The position numbers and the translations under genes are program-made. Source: Octopus vulgaris (lineage: Eukaryota). Taken from it: a stretch of 64,000 nt of DNA. Where the stretch lies: positions 38,564,001 to 38,628,000 of the forward strand of contig OX597833.1 of NCBI GenBank assembly GCA_951406725.2, read 5' to 3'. This document shows, piece by piece, positions 13,480-26,351 of this stretch. How positions within the stretch are numbered: position 1 is the first letter of the stretch; the number at the start of each line of letters is the position of its first letter. Under the pieces are notes generated by a model that worked only from the letters and a program-made list of their open reading frames with translations, searched no databases and was not told where the DNA came from.

Positions 13480-14489
13480 CTAAATTGAAAGAATAAAAAG
13501 GAAAGAGGCAGTGATAGAGCGACAGAAATAGAAAAATCAATGATAGATGGGTGTCCACTATGCTCAAGATCATCAAGGCTCAGGTCTCCACAGTGAAATC
13601 ATTTAAACTATTTTCGAGCTGACCACTCACTGGTCATTTCCTCACCAAATGTTTTGTTGATATCGTGAGCAGTTTCAGCTGCTTTACATCCTTTTTAGAA
13701 GTTGAATAGCAAAATTGCTCAAATATCAGGCTTTGATGGTTCCATTTCAGATGATTGGAACAACGGTAAAAAAAATACCAATGTTAACTTATTGATGCAT
13801 TTGGGCAAGTCTAAATGTGTATTATCAGACAATTGCAAAAATCCAGTACAAATTCTTTTTACTCAACCTGGTATATATGTATATATGCACATATATGTAC
13901 GCACACATAAGGTTTGTTCAAAAAGAAACTGAACATTTAAAACAGACTAACTGGTGCAATGTACTTGTTCCTGCAGTTCTGCATATGAATAACTTTGAGC
14001 TTCAGTGTAATAGTCCCTTTGTGTTGTTGGAGAGAGAGATAGGTTGAAGTAGGAATTAAGTTCTGACAGGGCCCACAACTACTCATATGGAATGATTCAG
14101 TAAATAGGAGAGAGGGTATTGAAGAGATGAGAGGATCATGTGGATCTAATACTATGCCTAGTTACAAAAGTAGTAAGGGACAGTAAAACATTAGTATTAA
14201 GGCAGGTCAATATTTCTCATTAGGTCATTTCATTCTGTGTTCTCTAATTCAGTGTTAAAGAAACCAAGAAATGAAATCCTTGAGACTTCCTATAACTATA
14301 TACCAGTAATTAACCCTTTAACTGCCTGTCTAATATCATTAAATTCTTCACAATCCTACCATTCCTTCTCTTCAAAGATCGTCACCTCATATCTTCAAGT
14401 TCCAATATCAAATCAGACGTTTTATTACTTGTCTATTTTCGTTTGTCATACATCCATAACTATTAGTGACAAGAAATTAAAGTACCTAC

Positions 14490-14668
14490 CTCTGGCAATA
14501 TTGATTAACGTTGCTGTCTTTTTCATTGCCTCCAGTTCCTTGTGACTAATAAAATGATACGTTTGTGGTGTCAAAGTACAGGTAATCACAACATAATCAC
14601 ACAATGGTAACATGTCCATCAAGCTACTATAAAACTGCGCTTCCACTTTTGCTTCTTCTTCTTCGGAC
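14490..14668 (-). CDS. 2-hydroxyacid dehydrogenase copy A, exon 3
   Basis: 179 bp, AG/GTAGGT boundaries. CDYVVITCTLTPQT...MKKTATLINIARG contains the catalytic Arg. Confidence 0.92.
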
Positions 14669-15626
14669 CTGTAAAAGAAACTGAGTCTCTGGAATGTGTG
14701 TTTGAAGTATAATATTTTGTTCTTATCATTTTGCATCTAATTTTGATATTATAATTGATGATGGATTTACTGCTGGAATAAGAGTGGTGTTTGCAGTTAG
14801 GAGCACTTTCCAGTGCAAAGACTCAGGTAACATTCAGATATGGAACATGTGTTGTCAAGTAGGCAGACAGTTCAATCAAAGATACAATTCTTGCATAAGC
14901 ACATACTTCAATAATGTGAAACAATGCGACCAAGAGATCCTGTGTTGTTGTTGTTGTTAATCAACAAGACGGGTAAGGGTGATTAGGTGATGGTCTAGGG
15001 CTTAGGGACAGGAGACCCCAGACCTTGGAAAAAAAAAACTTTGGTCGTCGTCTTGTAGTCGAAGGCTCTTCGTTGACGTCCGACACCACTGGGAGGTGGC
15101 CCTCGAAGTCACTGGAAATGGAGATCTCCAGGTCCAAATTCTTGAACGGCAGAGAGCTTATGTGTAATTGCTTGGTCTGTTATGAACTACAGCCAAATTT
15201 CTGTCATTGTAGTATCTTAAAAAAGGAAAGGACAGATTAAATAATGTAGTTGTCAACACACTCTCTGAATAAGAGATGGACTATTTTAGTTCTGATGTCT
15301 ACAGAACTAGAGCTGACCTGAGATTAAACAATTGCTTAATAACTGAGTAGTTTGAACTCAGTCATGTAGTCACTAGTTCATGATCTTAACCTTATATTCA
15401 TCGAGGCTGATACAGAAGAAACTATTTTAATTTTATATTTGTTGTTTTTTATAACAGACTGAAAGAATGACAAGCATCGTTTGGGTGTTTTTACCCATAA
15501 ATTTCTATAATTGTTGTTGTTCAGCTTCTGGTTATTCTGAACACCCTCATGTTCAAACGTTTTCTGTCTGTGACCGTTCTGGCTAGTAAGGTCCAATATT
15601 GGACCATGAAACCCAATAACTAACTC

Positions 15627-15990
15627 ATCATCATCATCATCGTTTAACGTCCGCTTTCTATGCTAGCATGGGTTGGACGATTTTGACTGAGGGCTGGCAA
15701 ACCAGATGGCTGCAACAGGCTCCAATCTTGATCTGGAACAGTTTCTACAGCTGGATGCCCTTCCTAACGCCAACCGCTACTAGAGTGTAGTGGGTGCTTT
15801 TTACGTGCCACCGGTACGGGGGCCAGTCAGGTGGTACTGGCAACGACCTCGCTCGAATTTTTTTACACATGCCACCGGCACAGGTGCCAGTAAGGCGACG
15901 CTGGTAACGATCATGCTCGAATGGTGTCTTTTACATGTCACCGGTACGGAAGGCAGTTAGCCGTTCTGGCAACGATAACGCTCGGATGTG
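15627..15990 (-). mobile_element. RTE-tailed repeat family 4 with internal ~60-bp tandem units
   Basis: (CAT)n then cgtttaacgtccgc; repeated tttacgtgccaccgg units; inverted homologue at 39200-39685. Confidence 0.7.
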
Positions 15991-16327
15991 GCTCTAAAAC
16001 ATTATAATATTTTTGAACTAAAACATTTAATTTGTGTTTTTATAAAGCAAAAAGTGCTAATGAACTAAAAAATAATTTAAAGCTTCCTACTTAGGAGAAA
16101 ATCGCGATAAGCGCAAGTATATGTTATTAGTTCCTATGTATGTTTCCTTGTGGTCGGTTAGAGCTCAGCATTGGCTGCTCAAAGCGCAGTTAAATGCAAT
16201 GGATCAAGAGGGAAACGCTTTATTGCATTTTACTACAGTACTTATAAAGTTTACAAGAATGAAAAAAGAAAACAAGCAATTCGAATTTTATTTCTGTTAA
16301 ATCATTTTGTTGGTAATCTTTTGAAAA

Positions 16328-16552
16328 CTTATTTCTTTATTACCCACAAGGAGCTTAACAAACAAGGACAGACAAAGGGCTTAAGTCGATTACATCGATC
16401 CCAGTGCGTAACTGGTACTTAATTTATCGACCCCGAAAGGATGAAAGGCAAAGTCGACCTCGGCTGAATTTGAACTCAGAACGTAACGGCAGACGAAATA
16501 CGGCTACGCATTTCGCTCGGCGTGTTAACGTTTCTGCCAGCTCGTCGCCTTA
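16328..16552 (-). mobile_element. SINE family 1 (young copy)
   Basis: Near-consensus tRNA-like head GGCGACGAGCTGGCAGAAACG and B-box GAGTTCAAATT. Confidence 0.85.
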
Positions 16553-16959
16553 ATCTTTTGAAAACTGTTTAAAAAGAGTTTACCTAAATCAAAATTTATT
16601 GTTGAAGGGAAGTAACTTCCAGCCAACTTCATCCAAGGGAAATAACTGTATTCTAATTTTTATTATTATTTTTTTCGATTATATCCATACAGAAACACCT
16701 CTCAAACATTTTATTAGTATGTGTTCCTGGATGGCTAACATGTGCCTTTAACGCTCTAATCGTTTCAGATCAAAACACTCGCCTTGCAAATACATCTCTG
16801 TAATTATCTTTTTCGTTTCGTGTTGATATTTGCAGGTCTAATAAAAATAAACCACTGCGCTTTTGCCATAAAAGAAGAAATTATTTTAAAAATCTGCCGG
16901 TCAAAGCGAAAAGATCCAAATGCTGCTAATATAGAACTCGCCGTTGCAAGTCCGAAACA

Positions 16960-18300
16960 TCAGGTTAGCTGTATGTGACCACACATGTCGAGCGGTCAGG
17001 CGAAGAGCTAATGTGCCAGAGAAAGCCAGGCAAGAAGAAGAAGAGAGAGAACTTCGCGGTACTTCGCTTTTTATATCAACCGACGGTAATGCCACCTGTA
17101 GGCATTCCTACTGGAAGTTGCAACATCTTTCAGAACATGTTGTAGCGAAGTAGGAAATGTAACTCTCGTTCATTTCCCTTTCTCTCCAGTAGGGTTCTTT
17201 ACAGATACTCCCCCTTTCGACGACCAGTCGAAAAAGTTAACACTCTGTGGTGGAGGACTGGAAAGAAAGGCGAGCTAAGGTACAAGTGTTTGCTACTAAG
17301 CAGAAAATATAGCAACATAATTTCAAAGAATAAAATGAATGCACTTGCGAAGTGGGGCAACAAAACAATTCAAAAGTTGATGCATGAAAAGAAGCTTAAA
17401 TACACACAATCTTGCACAGTTTTTTTGGCCAGTGTACACGACGACAACTACGAGTCCTCGTGACGAGTGTTGATGAAGGGAAAGGTGTATGCGCTTTTGA
17501 AGGTGGTGATTGCATGGGTGCAGTACTTGTAGTTTGTTGCGGTTTGTATTGGAGGGGAATGTTTGGCTCTAGAGTGAGGGCCTCAGAGAAAGCGCGCTTC
17601 ATTCTGTCGATAGACACTGTTTCTTTTCTACCATGAATGTCTATGGTGAGGAGTTTGTGTGTTTGTGCAAGGACACGATAGGGCCCTATATATGGTTTTG
17701 TGAGAGGACCACTCACAGTTATCCCTAAGGAACACATGAGTCTAAGTAGCAATGTCTGCTATAACTGCAGCAAGAACAGTCTGATGTCAAGAAGACATCG
17801 GTGGAAGATCCGCGGAGTAAGTTTGCAGTCTATGTACCTAAGACGCAGGATCTTGAACTGATAAGTCCACAGATGCCAACATCTGACCTGGTCGAGATAA
17901 TGGTGAAGCGTAGAGAAGCTCAGCAGGGGAGTATCCTAAATCCTCTTTCACTGATGAGCGACAACCCAATAGAACAACAGGCAGGTATTCGCTCCATCGA
18001 TGAAGATCAGAATTGGCACGCAATGACGCCTTTAATTGACGGTGGAGCCGTTCCACCATGCCATTCGGGACTGGATGATAACTAGTCGTCCGGATATGGC
18101 AAACTTCTAAGATGCTTGAAAGTTGTTGGAAAAGCTGGTATTCGAATTGCCTCCCGCATTCAGTAGCAATCTTTAATTGAACACCAAAACGTGAAATCCA
18201 ACCTGATATGAGGGCATGCGTCACTGATATCGACTAGAGGGATGACTTCAGGCCAACGTGAAAAGCGGTCGATACATGTAAGTATGTAAGTGAATCCTCG
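16960..18300 (-). mobile_element. Gypsy LTR retrotransposon remnant (integrase, PPT, 3' LTR start) in copy A intron 2
   Basis: LTCIDRFSRWPE, WISRFG..GRQFE, YHPVPNGMVERLHRQLK and PYIGPYRV motifs. PPT AAGGGGGAGTATC is followed by TGTAAAG at 17203. Left boundary uncertain. Confidence 0.85.
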
Positions 18301-19008
18301 ACTTCGTCCGTTAAACAGTACAGTGAACAAAATGAAAACATTGTCTGGATAATTCAGTTCTGATCGTCGATCCAATCACGTTACGCGTAATACATTCACA
18401 AACAATAATCTGAATGTGCGCTGGAGCATATCCTCCTTCTATAAATGGGTCTAACAAACCATCTATGAGGAGAGGGGTGAGCGAATTTCAAGAAGGCAAG
18501 TCATGATATCTTCCTACCGTTATTCATCAGTACAACATTAATATAATGGAGCACAAGTAACCAACGACGATCAGAGCTGAAATATCCAGACAATGAATGA
18601 ACCATATTACTATCAGAATTCGTGATGTTTTTATTTCGTTCACTGTACTGTTTAACGGACGAATAGAGTCTCGCTGTTATTTTTAAAGTTTGTTTCTTGC
18701 ATTATACCCACGAGTGAACACGCAACATATATTATATAATGGTATACTAGATTCCATAGTTAAAGTCGGAGAAATTTTATACAACGCCATTAAAACCCGA
18801 ATGTCGCGATTTGTTGAAATGTTGCCTTCCCCAACTACAATTTATCAGCGGTACATTAAAAATATGCAAAACACTTCAGAAATTGGATCTTTACCTTTTG
18901 ACCGGCAGATTTAGAAAATAATTTTTTTGTAACTAAACACTTTCAAACTTCGTATACTGGTAGAATGTGTCATATGAAACATATTTTACTCTTAGCGTTT
19001 TTGCGAAG

Positions 19009-19558
19009 TTTATATTTACGAAGTTATTTCGTGTTAAAGTTGTCGTATTTTGATAATTTCAACCATTCAATGACGTGTATTTAGCTGAATAAAATTACTG
19101 CTGTTGTTTGTCAACAACAACTTCCAGCAGTGTATATTTCGTTTGTCAGTTATTTATGACATATTTCATCTCAGTTACATTTGTATGAATAAACGAGTGT
19201 ATCTGAAGCATGTTTACTTCATGGCACCACCACAATCATTCGTGCATTTCTACTGCTTTTAGTTATTTTTCTTTGTTTTTCATCTACTAATTTCGGAAAG
19301 ACTTTTTTGCCCCCCCCCCTCTCCAATTTCTTCATTTTTCATTTTTTTCCGTAACTCTAACCCTAAAACATTAAAGCTAAAACCAGTACAAACGTACGCA
19401 CGATGTCATAAATAACAGCGACAAACGAAATATACACCGCTGGAAGTTGTTGTTGACAAACAACAACAGTAATTTTATTCAGCTGAATACACGTCATTGA
19501 TTGGTTGAAATTACCGAAATTCGACAACTTTAACACGAAATAACTTCGTAAATATAAA
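19009..19558. mobile_element. Fold-back/MITE with ~150-bp inverted arms
   Basis: 19009-19162 is the reverse complement of 19403-19558; CTAACCCTAA in the spacer. Confidence 0.8.
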
Positions 19559-19559
19559 C

Positions 19560-19915
19560 ATGCGTCGATTAAGTTGGACTGGACACCTTGTTCAGATGAA
19601 TGATTAGAGGATCCCTAAACAGATGCTGAGACTACGGTTCAAGGATTGTATAAAATCCTTGTTGAAGGCTTGTAATATATGGAAAGTCAACAGGCAAAGC
19701 AATGCTTGTCATCGCCACCAGTGAAAGAAACTAGAAAAGGAAGGAATGAAAAGTTTTGAAGAAACACACATCTTGAATGCTGAACTTAAGCAAACTGCTA
19801 GAAAACACACTACCAGTGGAGTGAATGGGTAAAGTTTCGTCTGCAGTGTCTGCAGACGTGTACGTCTATCAAGAGCTGGTCTCATTAGTCCCAAGCGGAT
19901 CAGCAAGTGTAAAGT
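19560..19915 (+). mobile_element. RTE LINE 3' fragment
   Basis: RRLSWTGHLVQM..RIPKQML and terminal C2H2-like CSVCRR..SRAGLIS. Confidence 0.75.
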
Positions 19916-20099
19916 ACAATTTTGTTAGACTGTACATTTTCTTAGTGGTCAGTGACGGTCTTCCTGGGTCACGAGTGGACAGCCACCGTATATAGTATAT
20001 GTGATTGATTTTCCCATGCCATCCAAGTTTATCTTGTCTGAAAGATTTTAGAGGTCCTTTCATCAAGAAGTTATGTGGAGCAGAGAGGGCCATCTATAA

Positions 20100-20760
20100 G
20101 AGAGCCTTTACAAAACTATGCGATCTGCTAAAAAATGACAAATCTCACTTGAAATACCTCCTACCATCATAGGTCTGCTTGATCAGGAATTGGCTAGACT
20201 CCCACAGATAAAAGAATAACATTATGATGTCCCTTGTATTACACTCAAACAATGCGTCCCAAAACTTTCTCTTGCTTTCACCAAACTCTTTAATATCTCA
20301 CTCTCATTTGCAGGCATGCTTCAGTGTTATCCATTCAAAGAAAGGGACCCTAAGGATCGGCCAGCTTTTGTTGTCTCATTGCTACCAATTCTAACATTTC
20401 TAAGATTGTAGAGACATCCGTTAACAATGACGTTGACCGTCATATTTAATCCCTCTCTCGTTTCTATCGCCCCTATAATAGCCCCTGATTTTCGGAGCTG
20501 GCTGGTCTCGTAGCCCCATCCACACTGCCCATCCCTGTACCATTTGTATCCCCACCTATTGTCACCTTTATTAAATCCCTTCTCTTTCCCTGCACTAACC
20601 AGGATTTCCACGTCTTCATCCACAGAATATTGGCTATCTGGAATCTCCTCTCCATTCATATCTTTCCCACAACAGTTTGAACAGAACACAAACAGCATCT
20701 ACCTAACCAGTCTTCGAGAGCCTACAAAGGTGAGTCATGGGCTCCTCTTGTTCCGCCACA
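20100..20760 (+). mobile_element. CR1/L2-like LINE remnant; orthologous insertion also in copies C and D
   Basis: Decayed KCVPKLSLAFTKLFNISL-type RT segment; homologous to 41630-41930 and 60000-61670 at the same intron position. Confidence 0.6.
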
Positions 20761-20854
20761 CTCAGAAAGTATAAAAAAATCCATGCATTATCCTTCAATT
20801 CACTTATTTCACTTGTCATAATGTCCCATACACAAATATACTTGAAACACTCAC

Positions 20855-21029
20855 CTTTGCCTTCTTTGATGATACAACACCTTCATTTCAAAAGCATGAG
20901 CTCTGATTGCCAGCTTGTAGCCAATGGTTCCCATTCCAATTATTCCAATCGAATTTCCTGTGACGTCATGTGCCAAAAGTTCTGGTGGATACAAACTTGT
21001 TTTCAATGTCTTCGGAAAATATTCGGCAC
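20855..21029 (-). CDS. 2-hydroxyacid dehydrogenase copy A, exon 2 (Rossmann GxGxxG)
   Basis: CAG acceptor, GTGAGT donor, 175 bp. Encodes DVTGNSIGIIGMGTIGYKLAIRAHAFEMKVLYHQRRQ. Confidence 0.92.
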
Positions 21030-21089
21030 CTGTATAAAGATATAAATACGTAGATACTTATATATAAGATGTTCTAGATATGGAAGCAA

Positions 21090-21530
21090 GGTCTAGAATC
21101 AAAGGACCTTTGATTTAACCTAGCAAAAACCAAAGTCTTAGTAAGTAAGAAGGTAGACAAATCACAAATCTCTTCAGGTAGATGGCCCTGCTCAATCTGT
21201 AGAAAAGGTGTAGGTAGAAACTCCATAAGATGCACCCAGTGTAAGCTTTGGACGCTTAAAAGATGCAGCAACACCAGGATGGTTAACAGGGAAACTGTAT
21301 AGGTACAACAATCACTGAAAATGTGCAGAAAATAGACTCCATCAACTGCCAGAGGTAGTAGATATCTAGGTGACCAAGTTTGTAGTGGAGGTGGATGCTC
21401 GGGGATCGTAGTTGTGAGAATAAGATTGGCGTAAGCTTGAAAGAAATGAAGCCAGTATGCTTCGCTGGATGTGTAACGTCAGTGTGCATGTTCAACAGAG
21501 GGTGTAGGAGGAATCAAATGTGGTGTACAG
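21090..21530 (+). mobile_element. RTE LINE internal fragment
   Basis: YLGDQVCSGGGCS and LERNEASMLRWMCNVSV motifs. Confidence 0.7.
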
Positions 21531-21639
21531 GCATGGCCCGAATATCTCCGTCCTGTAGTTCAGGATGCTCCCGGCACGACCGAGTCTTTTAGGATTCTCG
21601 TGTGTTCGGCAATGCATAACTTGCAACCTTTTCGTCCCC

Positions 21640-21900
21640 TTAATGTAGGGGTCTGGGTTCTCGTGGGATGCACTGGGTATTCTATTAAACAGCGTCTTTC
21701 CAATCATTTGTCCTCCTTCACAGTCCCGGAAAGGAGATACGTGACATCGCTGGCCAAACATATCTTGCAAATAAGAGACGAAGGGATACCATATTCGATT
21801 GCATGGAAAATACTCGAGAACCCAGGTTCCTACATCAAAGGGACGAAACGTTGTGCAAAAAATCCGAGTTTTTTTCTTAGTGAAAATCGTGCGAGTGAAT
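21640..21900 (+). mobile_element. Penelope-like GIY-YIG endonuclease fragment
   Basis: VGCTGYSIKQRLSNHLSSF...TSLAKHILQIRD..YSIAWKIL...KRC. Confidence 0.75.
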
Positions 21901-22119
21901 GAATCAAATAATACCAAATAATTACATGAAGGTACATTTTGATGAGACTTAAAGATGGGAAAATGATTGTGTATGCGCGTGTCTGCGTGTATGTGTGTGT
22001 ATGCGCACGTGAGAGAGAGTGGGGAGAAGAAATAATGATGTAAGTCTGTGAGAATAAGGAAAGAGAAAATTAAGTTAAAAGGATAAAAATAAAAATAAAT
22101 AAATGCGCCTATTTTTTAA

Positions 22120-22328
22120 AGCCTAGCCAGGTTCATGGGCCCGGTTTCCCAGTTTCAATGGTGTGTGTGTTCCCCAGCTGGACTCCTTTATGCCAGCTGA
22201 GTGGACTGGAGCAATGTGAAATGAAGTGTTTTGCTCAAGAACACAACGCGTTGCACGGTCCAGGAATCGAAACCACAATCTTACGATCATGATGCTGACA
22301 CCCTAATCACTAAACCACGCGCCTCCAC
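22120..22328 (-). mobile_element. tRNA-derived SINE (family-3-type head)
   Basis: Minus strand GGAGGCGCGTGGTTTAGTG...GTTTCGATTCCTGG with A/B boxes. Confidence 0.75.
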
Positions 22329-22490
22329 AAGCTAAAAAAGGATAAGAATAACTAAAAGACAAAATAGAACTCAAGAAATTATAGAGCAAGACTTTGAACA
22401 AAAAAAAAAAAAGAAATTCCTGAAAGGAGGTGAAATAAATCCCACCGTTTTTTATGTGTTCTAAAAAGTAAAAGGAATAATTTTACTTAC

Positions 22491-22863
22491 ACTGAACTAT
22501 TTTCCTTGACATTGCCAATAATAGTGCCATACCAAAATTTGCGGCAGCTCTTCCATCTTGGATGCTATGACCAATCCTAATGCCACGCGATTTAGCCCAT
22601 TTAATGTCAACGTCATCAAAACCTATACCGAAAAAGCAAATAATTCTAAGATTTACTAACTTCTCAAGTAATCCACAGAATTTTTGGTTATTATTTAGGC
22701 CCGATTGTACATACAAGCCAACAACCTTCTCACAGAGTGAAGGATTTTGTTCCAGTTCTTTGAGAGTCACCATATTTTGTTTACGGAATACAACATTGGA
22801 GAAAAATCTCTTAAAATCAGGCATATCATAAAAATGTTCACTAAAATTCACTACCAAAGCCAT
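22491..22863 (-). CDS. 2-hydroxyacid dehydrogenase (GRHPR-like) copy A, exon 1 (substrate-binding domain)
   Basis: MALVVNF...LRIICFFGIGFDDVDIKWAKSRGIRIG...ALLLAMSRKIVQ. 373 bp, GTAAGT donor, phase 1. Confidence 0.9.
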
Positions 22864-23232
22864 GATATTACTGTTATTTCGCAAGCTACTGAAATGTTAA
22901 TATGAATAAGAAACTGCGAGTAATAAAGAACTAATTATTTTCTATATTAATCTTTTCTGTCACAAAAAATTAATAGACATTCCATAAAGGAGAGCCCCGT
23001 AGAGTGTTAATAGCTTCTTTTGAAAGAGAATATTTTTAAGTTTGTTGAAATATACACCTTTATCTTTGGAATTCGAATCGTGATGTTACATATTAACGAT
23101 GTTTTATATTCTATCATCTTTCCCTAGTATATCCATGCCTCATCAGTTAATATATTTTAACACAGGTGACATGTAACACGAACTTTTATCGTGTCTATTA
23201 GATAAAAATATATCTCTTTGCTGACTGGAAAT

Positions 23233-23882
23233 TTACACATCCCTTACAAAAGTTTCCAGCTTAGGAAACGCGGCGTACGTACCCTCTGTATAGGCCTCCC
23301 TCAAGCGCTGCTCGATCTTCGCCGCGCTCAGTTTGTCTTCCTCGTCCATTTCTAGGTACAGCGCCAACGCGCTTCCTTCCAGGTACAGAGCCACGAGACC
23401 TACTACATCATCGATGCCTTGTAGCCTGGCTACCACCTTGATCTTACGGATCCAGGCGACTACATCTCCTTCACCATAGAAAGGTGTGATGGCATCACTG
23501 CCGATTCTTATCTTCACTGTCATCTCGTGGAAGGAGACAACAGCAATGGGAAAATGTATTTATACACGAGAGCCGAAATAGCTTGTAGGATGAGAGAATT
23601 GTGATGCAGGGAAATAAGATACGGTTCACCTACCTCTCGTTGTTGGCTGTCCAGCTGTGCTAAGTCCAAACGTGCCCTATCCGTATCACCTAACGTTAGC
23701 AGCTGCTACTACCAATCCCGCTGGCTCGCTCCACTGACGTCCGTTCACGGCGACTGCAGCAGGCCGAAAGAGGACGATCCTGGTCTTGCTTCCCTCACTT
23801 CCTCTTCCCGCTTCATTTTTCGGTCAGGCCCCTTGACCGTTGATGTCATTGCCTTTTCCTTCCAGCTCATCTCATCCCTACA
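23233..23882 (-). mobile_element. Gypsy LTR (23584-23882) plus gag N-terminus, just upstream of copy A
   Basis: LTR bounded by TGTAGGATGAG...CTCATCCCTACA; gag-like ORF PFYGEGDVVAWIRK...LYLEGSAL. Confidence 0.8.
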
Positions 23883-24479
23883 ATATAAGTCTAACAAATC
23901 ATCTATATGCAGAGGGGTGACCGATTTTCAAGAAGGCGAGGCATGTTACTTTCTTGCCGTTATTCACCTGAACAACATTAATATAACGGAACACGTGTAA
24001 CCAACTACGATCACAGCTGAATTATCTAAACGATGGCTGAACTATACAACCACCAGAATTCGCGATATCTTTATTTTGTCCCCTGTACTATTTAATGGAG
24101 GAATAAAGTCTCGCTGTTGTTTTTAAAGTTCGTTTCTTGCATTATTTCCACGAGTGAACGCGCAACATACATTATATAATGGTATGCAAAATCCCGTAGT
24201 AAAACCAAGGGAGACTTTATACAACACCGTCAAAATGGCTTTTTTTAAATTAACACCACGAACCAGAAGTCACATTATCTTATATGTATTCTTTCATTTT
24301 TGAATATGATAGAGGATAGTTTCAGGGAAATTTGTCTGTCGTTTCTAGCAGATCGAATAACCATATAAACGATCCTTCGGTTACAAAAAAGAAGTGGTTT
24401 AGAATGCGTGAAAATGACGGTGTCGAGTCGTCGGGTGATCTTGTGAAGGAACCCGGACTGGAATACAAGTGCGATTAGA

Positions 24480-25315
24480 GAGAAGGCTGGCTGCAGCGTT
24501 TTAAGGAGCGACATGGGTTAAAATTTCGTGCGTATGTGGTGAAAAGCGATCAACTGAAAACGCAGCCGTTGTTTATTATTATTCTGACCAAGAAATTGTG
24601 CAGACGGTTGTAAATCCACAATAGCAAGACAGTGAAGGAGAAAGCAGTGATGAAAATGAGGAAGATGTAAGCGAAAGAATTTCTATTGATCGGTTAATTC
24701 AGATAACAGGTGAACTGCTAAAAGGTCTAGATCGATGCAGTTTTATAAGTGAGCAAGAAATATTGAACATTTATATGCTGCAAGATAAACTGATCAAAGA
24801 AACGCCAAAATATACGAAACAGCTTAGCTTGCAAGATATGTTTAAAAAATAGCTAGAAAGCGTATAACAGAGGAGTCATCATTTGAAAATCTAGTGTCTT
24901 CAACATCATCTTGCCTAGATGTGCTGTCACTGTCATCACCAGTTCTTGATATTTCACTCACCTTACAAGATAATGAAGATGGGGGTCCTGACAGCCCTTC
25001 ACCTCAAGAGGATGCCAATCTTGATATCCCCTCACCTCAGTGACGATCTTTGTGTACGTCAACAGAATTAGTGTACCAGTACTTTATCACTCATTTTACC
25101 TGAGTTTTATTAAACTTTCATTCAACTTCATTTGATTTCATTAAAATTTCACTAAAATTGATGTTATCCTTTCCCTTATTAACCAACTTGTACTGATTTA
25201 CAGGGTATTTTACCTAACATAGCCTACCATACTTAATCAATCGATAATCAGGCGAAATGACTAATTCGGTATTCTCCCGGTTTCAACGATACCGGATTAG
25301 TGATTGGGTCAGTAT
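24480..25315 (+). mobile_element. Internally deleted Tigger/pogo transposon
   Basis: GWLQRFKERHG CENP-B HTH motif joined to an acidic C-terminus ending KQLSLQDMFKK. Confidence 0.8.
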
Positions 25316-25908
25316 TATTTTTTTCTTTAAAGTTGACTGACGATAATTTTGTAAGAGTTGCGTAAAAATTATATCAGACAATGTGTGTGTGTGATTCTAG
25401 CATTTGCAGATATTGCATGACAAATTATACGATTACTTTCCAGTCAGTAAAGAGATATATTTTATCTAATACAGATTGTGTAAATCTTGGTGTCATATTT
25501 CACTTGTGTCAAAATATGTTAACTGGTGAAGCATGGATATACTAGAGTAATTATAAAAGGGAAGGATGACAATATAAAACATTGTTAATATGTAACGTCA
25601 CGTCTGCATTCCTGAAAGATAAAAAAAAAGTATATTTCAAAAATTAATATACATCGTAGATAATTTTTTATTTCTGTCTTTATGGTTTAAACAAAACAAG
25701 AAATTGTGAAATTATATTCTATTTCAAAGGAAGCTATGAGGAAAGTCAGGCAGCGTAGATTACTTCCCAATAGAACGTCTATTAATTTTGTATGACAGAA
25801 AATATTTAATATGGAAAATAATTGGTCCTATATTATATGTAGTTTCTTATTCGTTCAACCGTTTCAACTGTCTGTGAAATATTTTTCATTCTCAATAACA
25901 GCAATACC

Positions 25909-26269
25909 ATGGCTTTGGTAGTGAATTTTTGTGGACATCTTTATGAAAAATTGCCTGATTTTAAGCGTTTCTTCTTCAATGTTGTATTCCGTAAACAAAA
26001 TGTGGTGACTCAAAGAACTGGAACAAAATCCTTCACTCTGTGAGAAGGTTGTTGGCTTATATGTACATTCGGACCTAAACAGTAACCATGAATTCCTTGA
26101 ATTACTTGAGAAGTTAGTAAACCTTAAAATTATTTCCTTCTTTGGCATTGGTTTCGATAGTGTTGACACTGAATGGGCATTAGGATTGGTCATAGCATCC
26201 AAGATGGAGGAGCTGCTGCAAATTTTGGTATGGCACTCTTATTGGCAATGTCAAGGAAAATAATTCAGT
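25909..26269 (+). pseudogene. Inverted exon-1-only pseudogene of the dehydrogenase family (copy B)
   Basis: ATGGCTTTGGTAGTG...ATTCAGT|gtaagt. A 2-bp deletion near 26010 leads to an early TGA, and there is a 13-bp deletion near 26178. Upstream and intron flanks are also inverted homologues. No plus-strand exons 2-4 seen. Confidence 0.88.
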
Positions 26270-26351
26270 GTAAGTAAATGATTCCTTTTAATTTTTAGAA
26301 CACATAAAAAACAATGGGATTTATTTCACCTCCTTTCAATAATTCTTAATA

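Noticed and set aside
13480-13576. Hydrophobic N-terminal extensions of the exon-4 ORFs (also 33237-33408), resembling signal peptides
   Set aside because: Intronic pyrimidine tract upstream of the AG acceptor.
25864-26202. Minus-strand 112-aa ORF, and the similar ORFs at 22580 and 45710
   Set aside because: Antisense shadows of exon 1.
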